From contig CAVOKF010000003.1 of the NCBI GenBank assembly GCA_963696385.1, positions 480,001 to 544,000 of the forward strand: 64,000 bases of DNA, given 5' to 3'. Each line of letters opens with the position of its first letter. Positions within the stretch are counted from its first letter, which is position 1. The notes beneath the pieces are model-generated. The model was not told where the DNA came from and made no database searches. It saw nothing but the letters and a program-made list of their open reading frames with translations. This stretch comes from an uncultured delta proteobacterium (GTDB taxonomy: Bacteria > Myxococcota_A > Polyangia > Polyangiales > Polyangiaceae). The position numbers and the translations under genes are program-made. Shown one piece after another: positions 39,463 to 48,089 of the stretch.

Positions 39463-39687
39463 TCACCGCAGCCGGCCATCGAGCGCGATTGCCGCGTTGG
39501 CCGTCATGGTCGCTTCTCGAAGCAGGCGCAGCGCCGCGGTTTGATCCGCCGACGGAGGCGTGTTGGCAAGGATGACCGCCGCGAAGTGCTTCGCGGCGGC
39601 GTGGATCGCTTCATAGTGATGGAGCTTTTCGGGCGTCGGATGGTGGTGGGTGAAAACGTAGTCGGGATCGAAATCGGCGGGGCTCAT
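39463..39687 (-). CDS. Small helical-hairpin protein resembling the Acb2/Tad1-hairpin family
   Basis: FTHH.P....YEAI..AAK.FA.VI..NTP.SADQT.A.R.LREA.MTANAAIAL; strong SD AGAGGAG upstream. Confidence 0.7.
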   Translation of the reverse strand: MSPADFDPDYVFTHHHPTPEKLHHYEAIHAAAKHFAAVILANTPPSADQTAALRLLREATMTANAAIALDGRLR

Positions 39688-39745
39688 CGAGATCTCCTCT
39701 TGCTCGATGAATACCCCCGACCCGACCGTTGTCGCACGGCTTAAG

Positions 39746-40240
39746 CTAAGGGGAGGTCGCTGAAGTCGCTAGGGCGGCCGTTCCCTCGTACCCGCAGCTC
39801 GCGGGCCCGAGAGCGGCCGTGGCGTTCGTCGTGGAGGCGTCGACGCTCGTCGGAAGGATGAACGAGACCGTCTGGACGTAGTTGCTTGGCGGGTTGGTGA
39901 CGGCCGTCGATGTGCCGCCGCACGAGACCGTTTGTCCGCAGATGAGGTCGATTTGACAGCTGCCCGCCGGACACCCCACGCAGGTTTCCCCGTTCAACGA
40001 CACGGACGCCCCCGACAGAGAAATCTGGATCGACTGCGGAGTGGTCGACGAGCAGTCGCCGCTGAGATTCTCGCTCTGCCCGGTCGGCGACAGCGTCAGC
40101 GAATACGTTCCGTCCGGCTTCGCGCACTCCGGTGCGGTGGTCGCCCCCGACGAGGACGAACAGCCGATGGATGCCGCAGTCGCCGCCGTTGCGACCACCC
40201 AAAAGGAGATCCGGCGCGAGAAAGCGCGTTCGTGAGACAT
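39746..40240 (-). CDS. Lipoprotein, hypothetical
   Basis: Signal peptide ending SIGC, Cys-rich mature part, GGAGG-like SD. Confidence 0.7.
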   Translation of the reverse strand: MSHERAFSRRISFWVVATAATAASIGCSSSSGATTAPECAKPDGTYSLTLSPTGQSENLSGDCSSTTPQSIQISLSGASVSLNGETCVGCPAGSCQIDLICGQTVSCGGTSTAVTNPPSNYVQTVSFILPTSVDASTTNATAALGPASCGYEGTAALATSATSP

Positions 40241-40280
40241 CGTGGCCACTTCCCCTCCCCCCCACGGGTCGCGCGACACT

Positions 40281-41618
40281 TCAGGGCACGCTACCCGATG
40301 TCGCCATCACGGATTTCACATCACCGCCTTCGTCCTCGTCACCGTCCTTCGGATTCGGAAACGGAGCCTTCCAAGCGGCGATAACGCTCGGAATAGACGC
40401 GATGAGAACGAAGATGAAGAATGTACGATACCCCATGCGATCGGCCAGCCACCCGCTGGCGCCCTGTGTGGGGATGAGAACCAGGTTCATGAGCGACGTG
40501 GCGAATGCGTAATGCGTCATCTTGTACTTGCCGGGCGCAATCTGCTGCATCATGTACAGCATGTTTCCGGTAAATCCGAAACTATAACCGAACTTCTCGA
40601 TGCTCACGAGAAGCAAGATGAGCGTGAAGGGCAACTGCCGGTCGGGTGTCGCCGCGTGGCTCAAGAAAATGTAGCAGAGATGCGGGATATTCATGCAGAG
40701 CGCGAGAACGAACAGCGTTCGCTTCAGCGTGTATTTTGCAATGAATACGCCGGCGAGCAACCCGGCTACCGAGCCCATGACCGTGCTCACCGTTCCGTCG
40801 ACCCAGGCCTTCTGGGTCAGCGTGAGACCGAGTCCCCCGCTCGCCAACGGAGCCTGGATGAAAAGGGGCGCTTCTTGCAACAAGAAGCCTTCGCCGCTTC
40901 GATACAAGAAGACGAACAGAAGCATTCCCCAAATCGATTTTTTTCGGAAGAACGCTTTGACCTCGTCCCAGAACGTCTCGAAAATCTCCGCGGCTCCCTC
41001 GGGCCTATGGGAGATAGACCCCGTCGGAAGCATGAAATAATGATAGACGCCGAGCGCCCCCATCGATGCCGACGCGAGTCCGACGGCCTCGGTCCAGGCG
41101 GTCTTGGCGTCGTGACCCGCGCGCTCCAACGCGCCGGCGGTGGCGACGATCGCCGCCGTGGCGAAGATGCGGCCGACGTTCCAGCAAACCCCTTGGACCC
41201 CGATCCACGCCGCTTGCTGTTCTTTTGTGAGGGCGCTGATGTAGATGCCGTCTACGCAAATGTCCTGAGTGGCCGACGCAAACGCGAGAATCCACAACGT
41301 CCCGATGACTAGCGTGAAATAGTTCGGCAAGTGGAGAGACACGCCGACAGCGGCAAGGAGTGCGCAGAGAACGAATTCCATCGAGAGGACCCAGAACTTT
41401 TTGGTCCGGGACATATCGAGGAAGCCGGCCCAAAACGGCTTGAGTGACCATGCGATACCAATGGAAGCCGTGCTGAGGGTAATTTGACCGTCCGTGTAGC
41501 CCAAATCCTTGAACATCGTGCCCACGACCCAGGTCACCATCGCAAAAGGGATCCCCTCGGCGAGGTACGAGGTCGGCACCCATGCTCCGGGATGGCGCAC
41601 GCGATTGCTCCCGTTCAT
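40281..41618 (-). CDS. AmpG-family MFS permease
   Basis: WVPTSYLAEGIP, WSLKPFWA, SATQDICVDG.Y, FGYSFGF. Confidence 0.9.
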   Translation of the reverse strand: MNGSNRVRHPGAWVPTSYLAEGIPFAMVTWVVGTMFKDLGYTDGQITLSTASIGIAWSLKPFWAGFLDMSRTKKFWVLSMEFVLCALLAAVGVSLHLPNYFTLVIGTLWILAFASATQDICVDGIYISALTKEQQAAWIGVQGVCWNVGRIFATAAIVATAGALERAGHDAKTAWTEAVGLASASMGALGVYHYFMLPTGSISHRPEGAAEIFETFWDEVKAFFRKKSIWGMLLFVFLYRSGEGFLLQEAPLFIQAPLASGGLGLTLTQKAWVDGTVSTVMGSVAGLLAGVFIAKYTLKRTLFVLALCMNIPHLCYIFLSHAATPDRQLPFTLILLLVSIEKFGYSFGFTGNMLYMMQQIAPGKYKMTHYAFATSLMNLVLIPTQGASGWLADRMGYRTFFIFVLIASIPSVIAAWKAPFPNPKDGDEDEGGDVKSVMATSGSVP

Positions 41619-41842
41619 GGCCGGGGTCGTAAACGAGCGGGCGCCGATTGTAAACGCCGAGTTTGCCTCGCATCGGGCCCCTGCCGCGCGGGCTTCGGAG
41701 CCTTGACTCTCGCCCAGGCACGCCGAAGCCTCGGGCATCCCGAACCCGCGTGACTCACGGGCTGTGGGCGAGCAGCGACGCTTCGTACGTCCTGAGCGGC
41801 CCTTAACCGGTGCGTCGAACGTCCCGTCGCTCATGTGGGGAG

Positions 41843-42103
41843 ATGCCGAAGCGCTCACCTGGCCCGAGCCCCACGCGACGGCGGGCTCGGCCCTTCCATC
41901 AGCTGTCCCGGACGCTAGGAAAGCGGGTGCGCGAGCTGCGCGTCGAACGCGGCTGGAGCCAGCGCTCCGCGGCCATCCACATCGGAATCGGGGCCGCGGT
42001 GGTGCGACGGCTCGAGACCGGTTCGGCGAACCCTTCGCTCGCTGTCCTCGTCAGCGTCGCGCGCGCTTTTGGCGTACCGCTCAAGCGATTGCTCGGACCG
42101 TAG
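41843..42103 (+). CDS. XRE-family HTH regulator
   Basis: LGKRVRELRVERGWSQ...RRLETGSANPSL; SD GGGGAG. Confidence 0.85.
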   Translation: MPKRSPGPSPTRRRARPFHQLSRTLGKRVRELRVERGWSQRSAAIHIGIGAAVVRRLETGSANPSLAVLVSVARAFGVPLKRLLGP

Positions 42104-42220
42104 CGCGGCAAAGTCACAGTGTGTCGGCTCTGCTCCTGCCGCTTCGCGATGATGGGCCGCCCAATCTACACACCCCCGTCACGTCAATCCGCCGCCCCCC
42201 TCGATGCCCGAGTGGGCGCA

Positions 42221-44125
42221 TCAATGCGGAATCGACGGCGGCGGCGGCGGGATTTGAAAGTAATCCCATGCCGGGGTGTGGTTGTGCTCCGTCTCCGGTT
42301 GATTCCAGAAGTAGAGGGCGCCAAATTGCTGCCAATTGCCGGCCGCATCAATCACCAGCGCCGTCAGGTAAAGCTGCGGACCGTCGGCGCTGTAGGGATC
42401 GCGCGTCGAACTGAAGACCAGCCAATAAAACTTTCGCCCGTCGGCGACCGTGCCGACGGCGGGGGCCCACTTCGGCCAACTGTTCGTCACGCCAGGGCTC
42501 ACCCTGCCGGTGCAAGCAGGCGGATCGTTCACGGCGAGGCGACCCACCGGAGCGACGGTCGCGGCATCCGAATTATTGGGCGCACCGACAACGTAGAGCT
42601 CGGCCAGTGGGTTACTGTACATCGTCGTTCCGCTCGCCACTTTGTCGAACGCGATCAGCTGATCGTCAGGCGACCAGGTCGGGTAGTACTCGCTCGCCGC
42701 CGGGTCGCTCGCGCCCGCCAGAGGCGCCGCGGTACCCCCTGCCTTGTCCGCATACGGGATCACGTAAACGTCCGCCGGACCGACCGACAAACGACCATCC
42801 ATATTGGCGTTCGTGGAGACGTACGCGATCTGCGTGCCGTCGTGGCTCCAACTCGGCGCACCCGCGTGGAGCGGATCGCCGGTCCGCTGGAGGATGCCCA
42901 TGGCGGGAGCGGTGGTCGCCTCGACGTCGATCCAAGCGAGCTCGGAATCTGCGTTATCCATGGGGTTATAGGCCGTAATTTCGATCCGATCGCCCGCGGT
43001 CCAATGAGCGGGCGAAAACGTGTGTATGCCGAGCGTTCCCGTCTCGATCACCGCACGCCCCGCGGCTCCGAGCCAGGGCGGAAGACCGCCGGTCTGGTTC
43101 GGCTGAATATCCGCGAATCCGTTGGCCCATTGGTCGTAGCTCGATGAAAACGACGCATAGTCACCATCGGGCGTCGCGTTGTGACATCCGATGCAGGTCG
43201 TCGCGTACTCGGTGACCTGCCCCGGCTGCAGAACCGGAGTTACGGTTTCGTCTCCCACGGCGAAGCCCTTGAGCGCAGTCCCACTCGTGGGAGTCCAGTA
43301 AACGATCGTGCCGGGGGCGATGACGGGAGCGATGCCGATCGTGCCGGCAGACCCGAGCGCCTCGCCGGTCAACGCGTCCCCCGCGAGAGCTCCGCCGCGA
43401 ATCGTCACGTTGATGGGCTCATCGTAGGAGTCAGCCCGGAGCGCATCCCACATCGCGTCCGGCATCGTCCACTCGTTCGACGTCGTGTAGACGACGAGAG
43501 GATTCGTTTGATTGGCAATCTGAAGCCGAAGCTCAAAAATATTTTCATCTTGCGGAACGACCCAGCGGAAGCGGGGCCGCAGCCAATTGTCGGGATAGAG
43601 TGCGCCAAGCTCCGGCTCGATCAGGCACGGACCGCCCGTCTGGGCACCTTGCGACGAGGCGCCGAAGAGCTCCGGCGCGTTGCTCGGGAGTGTCGTGACA
43701 ACGGACCCGTCCGAGTCCGCTCCGTCGACTGCCTCGGACGCGTCGGCGTCCGATCCGTCGAGAACCCCGGCATCCGTGTCCACTCCGTCGAGAACCGGAG
43801 TCGATGGAAAATCCGCATACATCATCCCGGCCACTTTGGTATCGGGTTCGCCGCTGGTGCCCGACGCGGAACCGTCGCGAGCGAGGGTGATGCCGCACAC
43901 CAGACACGGTCCCCCGTCGTTGAACGCCGCCAGGCCACTCGAAAGACTCGCGTCGACTGCCCCATTCGACGCGCTCGATGAACTGTGGAACGTGGAATTC
44001 CCGTTCGAACCCGCCCCGAGCGGCGTCGCGCCTCCCGCACACCCCGCAGCGACTGCGATGAGCAGCCCGACGGCGACGGAAATTGGGTGCCTGATAGACG
44101 CTACGAGACGGTACTGTAGCCTCAT
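42221..44125 (-). CDS. TolB-like (PD40) beta-propeller lipoprotein
   Basis: Lipobox AAGC, CIGCH, PSWSHDG, YPTWSPDD, NSWPKW, NHTPAW. Confidence 0.82.
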   Translation of the reverse strand: MRLQYRLVASIRHPISVAVGLLIAVAAGCAGGATPLGAGSNGNSTFHSSSSASNGAVDASLSSGLAAFNDGGPCLVCGITLARDGSASGTSGEPDTKVAGMMYADFPSTPVLDGVDTDAGVLDGSDADASEAVDGADSDGSVVTTLPSNAPELFGASSQGAQTGGPCLIEPELGALYPDNWLRPRFRWVVPQDENIFELRLQIANQTNPLVVYTTSNEWTMPDAMWDALRADSYDEPINVTIRGGALAGDALTGEALGSAGTIGIAPVIAPGTIVYWTPTSGTALKGFAVGDETVTPVLQPGQVTEYATTCIGCHNATPDGDYASFSSSYDQWANGFADIQPNQTGGLPPWLGAAGRAVIETGTLGIHTFSPAHWTAGDRIEITAYNPMDNADSELAWIDVEATTAPAMGILQRTGDPLHAGAPSWSHDGTQIAYVSTNANMDGRLSVGPADVYVIPYADKAGGTAAPLAGASDPAASEYYPTWSPDDQLIAFDKVASGTTMYSNPLAELYVVGAPNNSDAATVAPVGRLAVNDPPACTGRVSPGVTNSWPKWAPAVGTVADGRKFYWLVFSSTRDPYSADGPQLYLTALVIDAAGNWQQFGALYFWNQPETEHNHTPAWDYFQIPPPPPSIPH

Positions 44126-44282
44126 TGCCCGTAGCTGTGACCTAAGCGGGAAGCGCTGTAAAGGGCGCCCAGCCGACTCGTTTGTGGCGCCGTGCGATTC
44201 TTGCGAGGGGTGCGTGCTACACGAACACACCTATTTGCCCTAACGCTGGCGCTTTTCGCGCAGATCAGGCACCGTCAGAGTT

Positions 44283-45808
44283 ATGAGCCAAGCGGGCGCC
44301 CGGGGACCTGGAAACCCCGCCAAGACGCACCCTACGAGCCCGGCCGCTGCTGAGTCCCCCAAGGCACCCCCGGTCGCCCCCAAGGTCGGTGCGGCCGAGC
44401 CGCTGCCGGAGGACGCGACAATCGCCTCAGCGACGCCCGCAAAGCCAGCCGCAGCTCGTTCCACTGCGGCTGGGGGAGCACCGCCACAGGCGGCTATGGC
44501 TGCGACAACGAGCCAGACGAAGGGAGCACCCTCGCCGGCCGCATCGGCACCGGCCGGGCAGAGGCCGCGAGCGCCGTCGGCCCCGCAGATCGCCGACCGT
44601 CCGTCCCCCAACGCCCCACCTACGGGCTCCTCGAGAGTGACCGGAGCCTCGACCCAGCCGAATCTCGGCGATCGGCCTGGCGTCACGGGAGCGACGCCTG
44701 CTGCCGCGCCGAGAGCGCCCGCTCCATCCTCGCAGCCAAATCTCGGCGATCGATCGGCGGCCCCAGCAGGCGCAACGGCCTCCACGGCGCGAACCGCCGC
44801 TCCGTCGCAGCCGAATCTCGGCGATCGATCGGCCGCTGCAGCGACCCCTGCCGCGCGGACCGCCGCTCCGTCGCAGCCGAATCTCGGCGATCGATCGGCG
44901 GCTGCAGCGACCCCTGCTGCGCGGGCCGCCGCTCCATCGCAGCCGAATCTCAGCGATCGACCTGCCGCCAGGACCGCGACGACTTCCGCCGCGCGACCCA
45001 CCGTTCCATCGCAGCCGAATCTCGGTGATGGCTCCCCCCCGCCCGCGACGGCCCCGCGAGCGGCTGCGGCTTCGCAGCCCCTGATCGGCGATCGACCGAA
45101 CGCGCCAGCAGCCGCCGCCGCCGCTGCGCGAGCCGCGGCCACGACGACCTCCACGAAAGGAGGCACCCCCCCCCCGTGCCGGGCGCACCGGCCACGCCCC
45201 CATCCCGCGGCCCCAGCGCGACGTTGCCGCTCATCCTGGAGCGAGGTCCGGAACAGGCCGCGGCCTCTATGCCACCGCCGCTTCCGGCCCTCGGATCCGA
45301 TCGCGACGCCGACGAGGACGCCACCGTCGTGGTGAGCCGGCATGCGACCGCTATGGCGATGCAGGGCGCCGTGCCCCCACCTCTTCCGGCACCGGTGGTT
45401 GGCGAAGCCGGACCCGACTTGCGTGCCCAGGTCCGCGCCGCGGTGGACGAAGCGGTGGCCCCGTTGCAGCGCGCATTTCAAAATCACGAGCGCGCCCTCG
45501 TCGAATTCAAACAGCGCCTCGATGAACTGGAGCGACGACCTGCTGCAGCAGGCCCCTCCGCGAGGCCGCCGCCGAGTGCGTACCCTGTGCCCATCGCTGC
45601 CGTTTCGGTCGCTCCGGGCGCGCCGCCGGTCGCCGGCGCTCTGCCTTCACCCACCGATCTGTCGGCGCTCGATCGCGATGTCTTGGCTGCGCTCGAAGGC
45701 CGGTCACGACGACGACACCTGGTGATCACGACGGTGCTTGTCTTCGTGTTGCTCTTCGGCGGGTTGTCGATCGCGCTGGCACTCAGCTACTTGCCGCATC
45801 CATCCTGA
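44283..45808 (+). CDS. Pro/Ala-rich repeat protein with coiled coil and C-terminal TM; frameshift at C10 (45166-45175)
   Basis: ORFs 44283-45335 and 45176-45808 join in frame if the C run is 11 long. Confidence 0.7.
44650..45097 (+). repeat. Seven coding repeats (SQPNLGDR motif) with 63-78 nt spacing
   Basis: CAGCC(G/A)AATCTCGGCGATCG-like units at 44655, 44733, 44808, 44874, 44940, 45012 and 45075; all spacings are multiples of 3. Confidence 0.9.
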
Positions 45809-46003
45809 ACCGTCCACCTCGGGCGGCGTGCCCCCGATGGTCGAGCGTTCCTTCCGCCGGATGCCAACGTATCGGAGACCGCCGCGCGACCTACCGGTCC
45901 GGCGGGGGCGCGCCGCGCACGTGCCGATCGGACGCGGCGTCCAGCACTCGAAACAAGAGCGCGGACGGCCATCGAAGACGACGACGGCAGCGTGCATCAT
46001 AGA

Positions 46004-47806
46004 CTACGCAAGCACGCGAAGCGCACGGGCCCCCTTGCCTCCACCGCTCGGGCCGGCGGGGGCTTGGGGCGGCGGATGCCAGACCGCAAAATCCTTCGCC
46101 AGAGGGCCGGGAAGCGTAGGCTGCGAACGCCGCTCCAGCAGTTGAAAGTCGTGCGTCGCGAGGAGATCGAGCGACGCGACATCCGACGACGGCTGCGCCG
46201 CCCAGCGCTCGATCACATCCGCATTGCGCGCGATGACCCCATGTTGAGGATCGCGGCTCATCGCCTCCGAGAAGCGCTGTTGCATGCCTACGGCGTCGCC
46301 TCGCAGCGCGGCGATGCAAGCCAGATAGTTGAGCGCGAGCCCCGGCGCCGGATACTGCAGCTCGAGAGCCCGGCTCGCGTGGCGCTCGGCCTCGTCGAGC
46401 CGGCCCTCTCGGAAGTACGCGCCGGCCAAATCGAGATGCGCCGCGTGGTGGTCGCCCAAACGGCCCAGGATGGCCTCGTACTCCACGATGCCTTCGCGGA
46501 ACCCGTCGCGGAGGCCCTTGTTTCGCCGGAACCAATCGCGAAGGAACGCCGTGTCCTCGTCCGAAGCGTCGAACGTGGTTTTGAGTTCCTGAAAGTCGCG
46601 CTCGAAATAAAACTCGGCGTCGAGCCAGCCGGCCGCCACGGCCAAGTCGTAATCGCGCGTTCCCGGATAAACGGACAGGCAAGCAAAAATGGATTGATGC
46701 GGTTTGGCCCGTTCGAGAAACCTCAAGGTCTCCGCAAAAGTTTCCTGCGTCTCCCCGCGGTTGCCGATCATCATGTAATACCGGATCTTGATGCCGTACT
46801 TCTTCGCGAGTTCGCTCGAAGCGATGATCTCGTCAGGCGTAATCTTCTTGTCGATGGCGTCGAGAATTTTCTGCGAACCGGACTCGACCCCAAGGCTCAG
46901 CCGCTCGCATCCAGCGAGGCGCATCTCTCGCAAGAGCTCGTCACCGAGAACGTCAACGCGGGTGTCGCAGCTCCAGAGGAAGCGGATGTTGCGCTCCCGA
47001 ATTCCCCGGCAGAGAGCAAGCACACGCTTGCGGTTCGTCGTGAACGTGTCGTCCTTGATCTGAAGCATCTTGACCGGCGCCCGCGCGACCGCCTTCTCGA
47101 GGGCATCGAGCACGTACGGAACGGACTGACCGCGGTAGCCCCGCCCCCAGCTCGCCTCCGCACCGCAGAACGTGCAACGCCACGCGCAGCCGCGCGACGT
47201 CATCACAATGTGCGTGTCGAAGTAGTCGTGCACGGAAGCGAGCGCGTCGAGATCTTCGATCGCTGCCCGCTTTGGCGCAACGGCGAGCCGATGCCCATCC
47301 CGATAGACCGTTCCGGCGATGCCGGCCGGGCTCTCGCGCCGCTGCAATCGGTCGAGGATCTCGAGAAAGGTCTGCTCGCTCTCGCCGACGGCGATCGTGT
47401 CGATGTCTTCGTGGTGCGCGAGCATCTCTCGCGCGAGTGGCGTCGCGTGAGGACCGCCAACGACGACGTGCGATCTCGGGTGGATGCGCTTGATCTCGCG
47501 CGCAACCAGGGCCACCCCGCGCCGATTGGCCGTCCAACACGACAGGCCGTACACGTCGGCCTCCAAGACACCGATCGCGTGCTCAACGTGCCGCCAGGGA
47601 TAAGCGGATAGGTTGATGACCTTTACCGAATGTCCGGCGCGAAGCGCCTGCGCCCCGAGTGCGAAGAGACCGTACGGAGTCTGGAAGAAATCGCCGTCGA
47701 GGTCGCCCTGCGCGTACTCGGTCGGAGGCCCGTCGCCGAGAGGGTCGGGGGCTTCACCCGGCAAGGGGATTTTCCACGGGGGTGGGTACAACAACGCAAC
47801 GCGCAT
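46004..47806 (-). CDS. B12-binding domain radical SAM protein with C-terminal TPR
   Basis: GGPHAT, GESE, SRGCAWRCTFC, DDTF, GVESGS. Confidence 0.9.
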   Translation of the reverse strand: MRVALLYPPPWKIPLPGEAPDPLGDGPPTEYAQGDLDGDFFQTPYGLFALGAQALRAGHSVKVINLSAYPWRHVEHAIGVLEADVYGLSCWTANRRGVALVAREIKRIHPRSHVVVGGPHATPLAREMLAHHEDIDTIAVGESEQTFLEILDRLQRRESPAGIAGTVYRDGHRLAVAPKRAAIEDLDALASVHDYFDTHIVMTSRGCAWRCTFCGAEASWGRGYRGQSVPYVLDALEKAVARAPVKMLQIKDDTFTTNRKRVLALCRGIRERNIRFLWSCDTRVDVLGDELLREMRLAGCERLSLGVESGSQKILDAIDKKITPDEIIASSELAKKYGIKIRYYMMIGNRGETQETFAETLRFLERAKPHQSIFACLSVYPGTRDYDLAVAAGWLDAEFYFERDFQELKTTFDASDEDTAFLRDWFRRNKGLRDGFREGIVEYEAILGRLGDHHAAHLDLAGAYFREGRLDEAERHASRALELQYPAPGLALNYLACIAALRGDAVGMQQRFSEAMSRDPQHGVIARNADVIERWAAQPSSDVASLDLLATHDFQLLERRSQPTLPGPLAKDFAVWHPPPQAPAGPSGGGKGARALRVLA

Positions 47807-48089
47807 CCGGAGAAGCATTGTAGCTCCGGGCCGACGCGTTATGTGCAGGGCTTCACTTGGACGGAACCTCTTGCCCTCTCCGGCCCGGCGCGCGCCCCCA
47901 CGTCGGCCTCGGCGTGAACGACACGCAACGGCTGCCCCGCGGCGGGCGAAGGGGAAAAAGACCGATGGCCATTCCGCTCGGCAGACTCGCCTCGCTCCGC
48001 GCCGTTCCGAACCGCCGCCCCGGCTGGAGCCGCTCGACACGCTCCCGGATGTTCGCAAACATCTGCCACGCGAGGTCACCACCCCCCCG

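Noticed and set aside
44650..45097. Regularly spaced ~20-nt repeats resembling a CRISPR array
   Set aside because: Spacings are all multiples of 3, the spacers resemble each other, the repeats encode a peptide motif in an open frame, and there are no cas genes.
47613..48089. 159-aa N-terminal extension of the Topo-RecQ ORF
   Set aside because: It overlaps the divergent radical SAM gene; TopB homology starts at MTILVVAEKP (48090).
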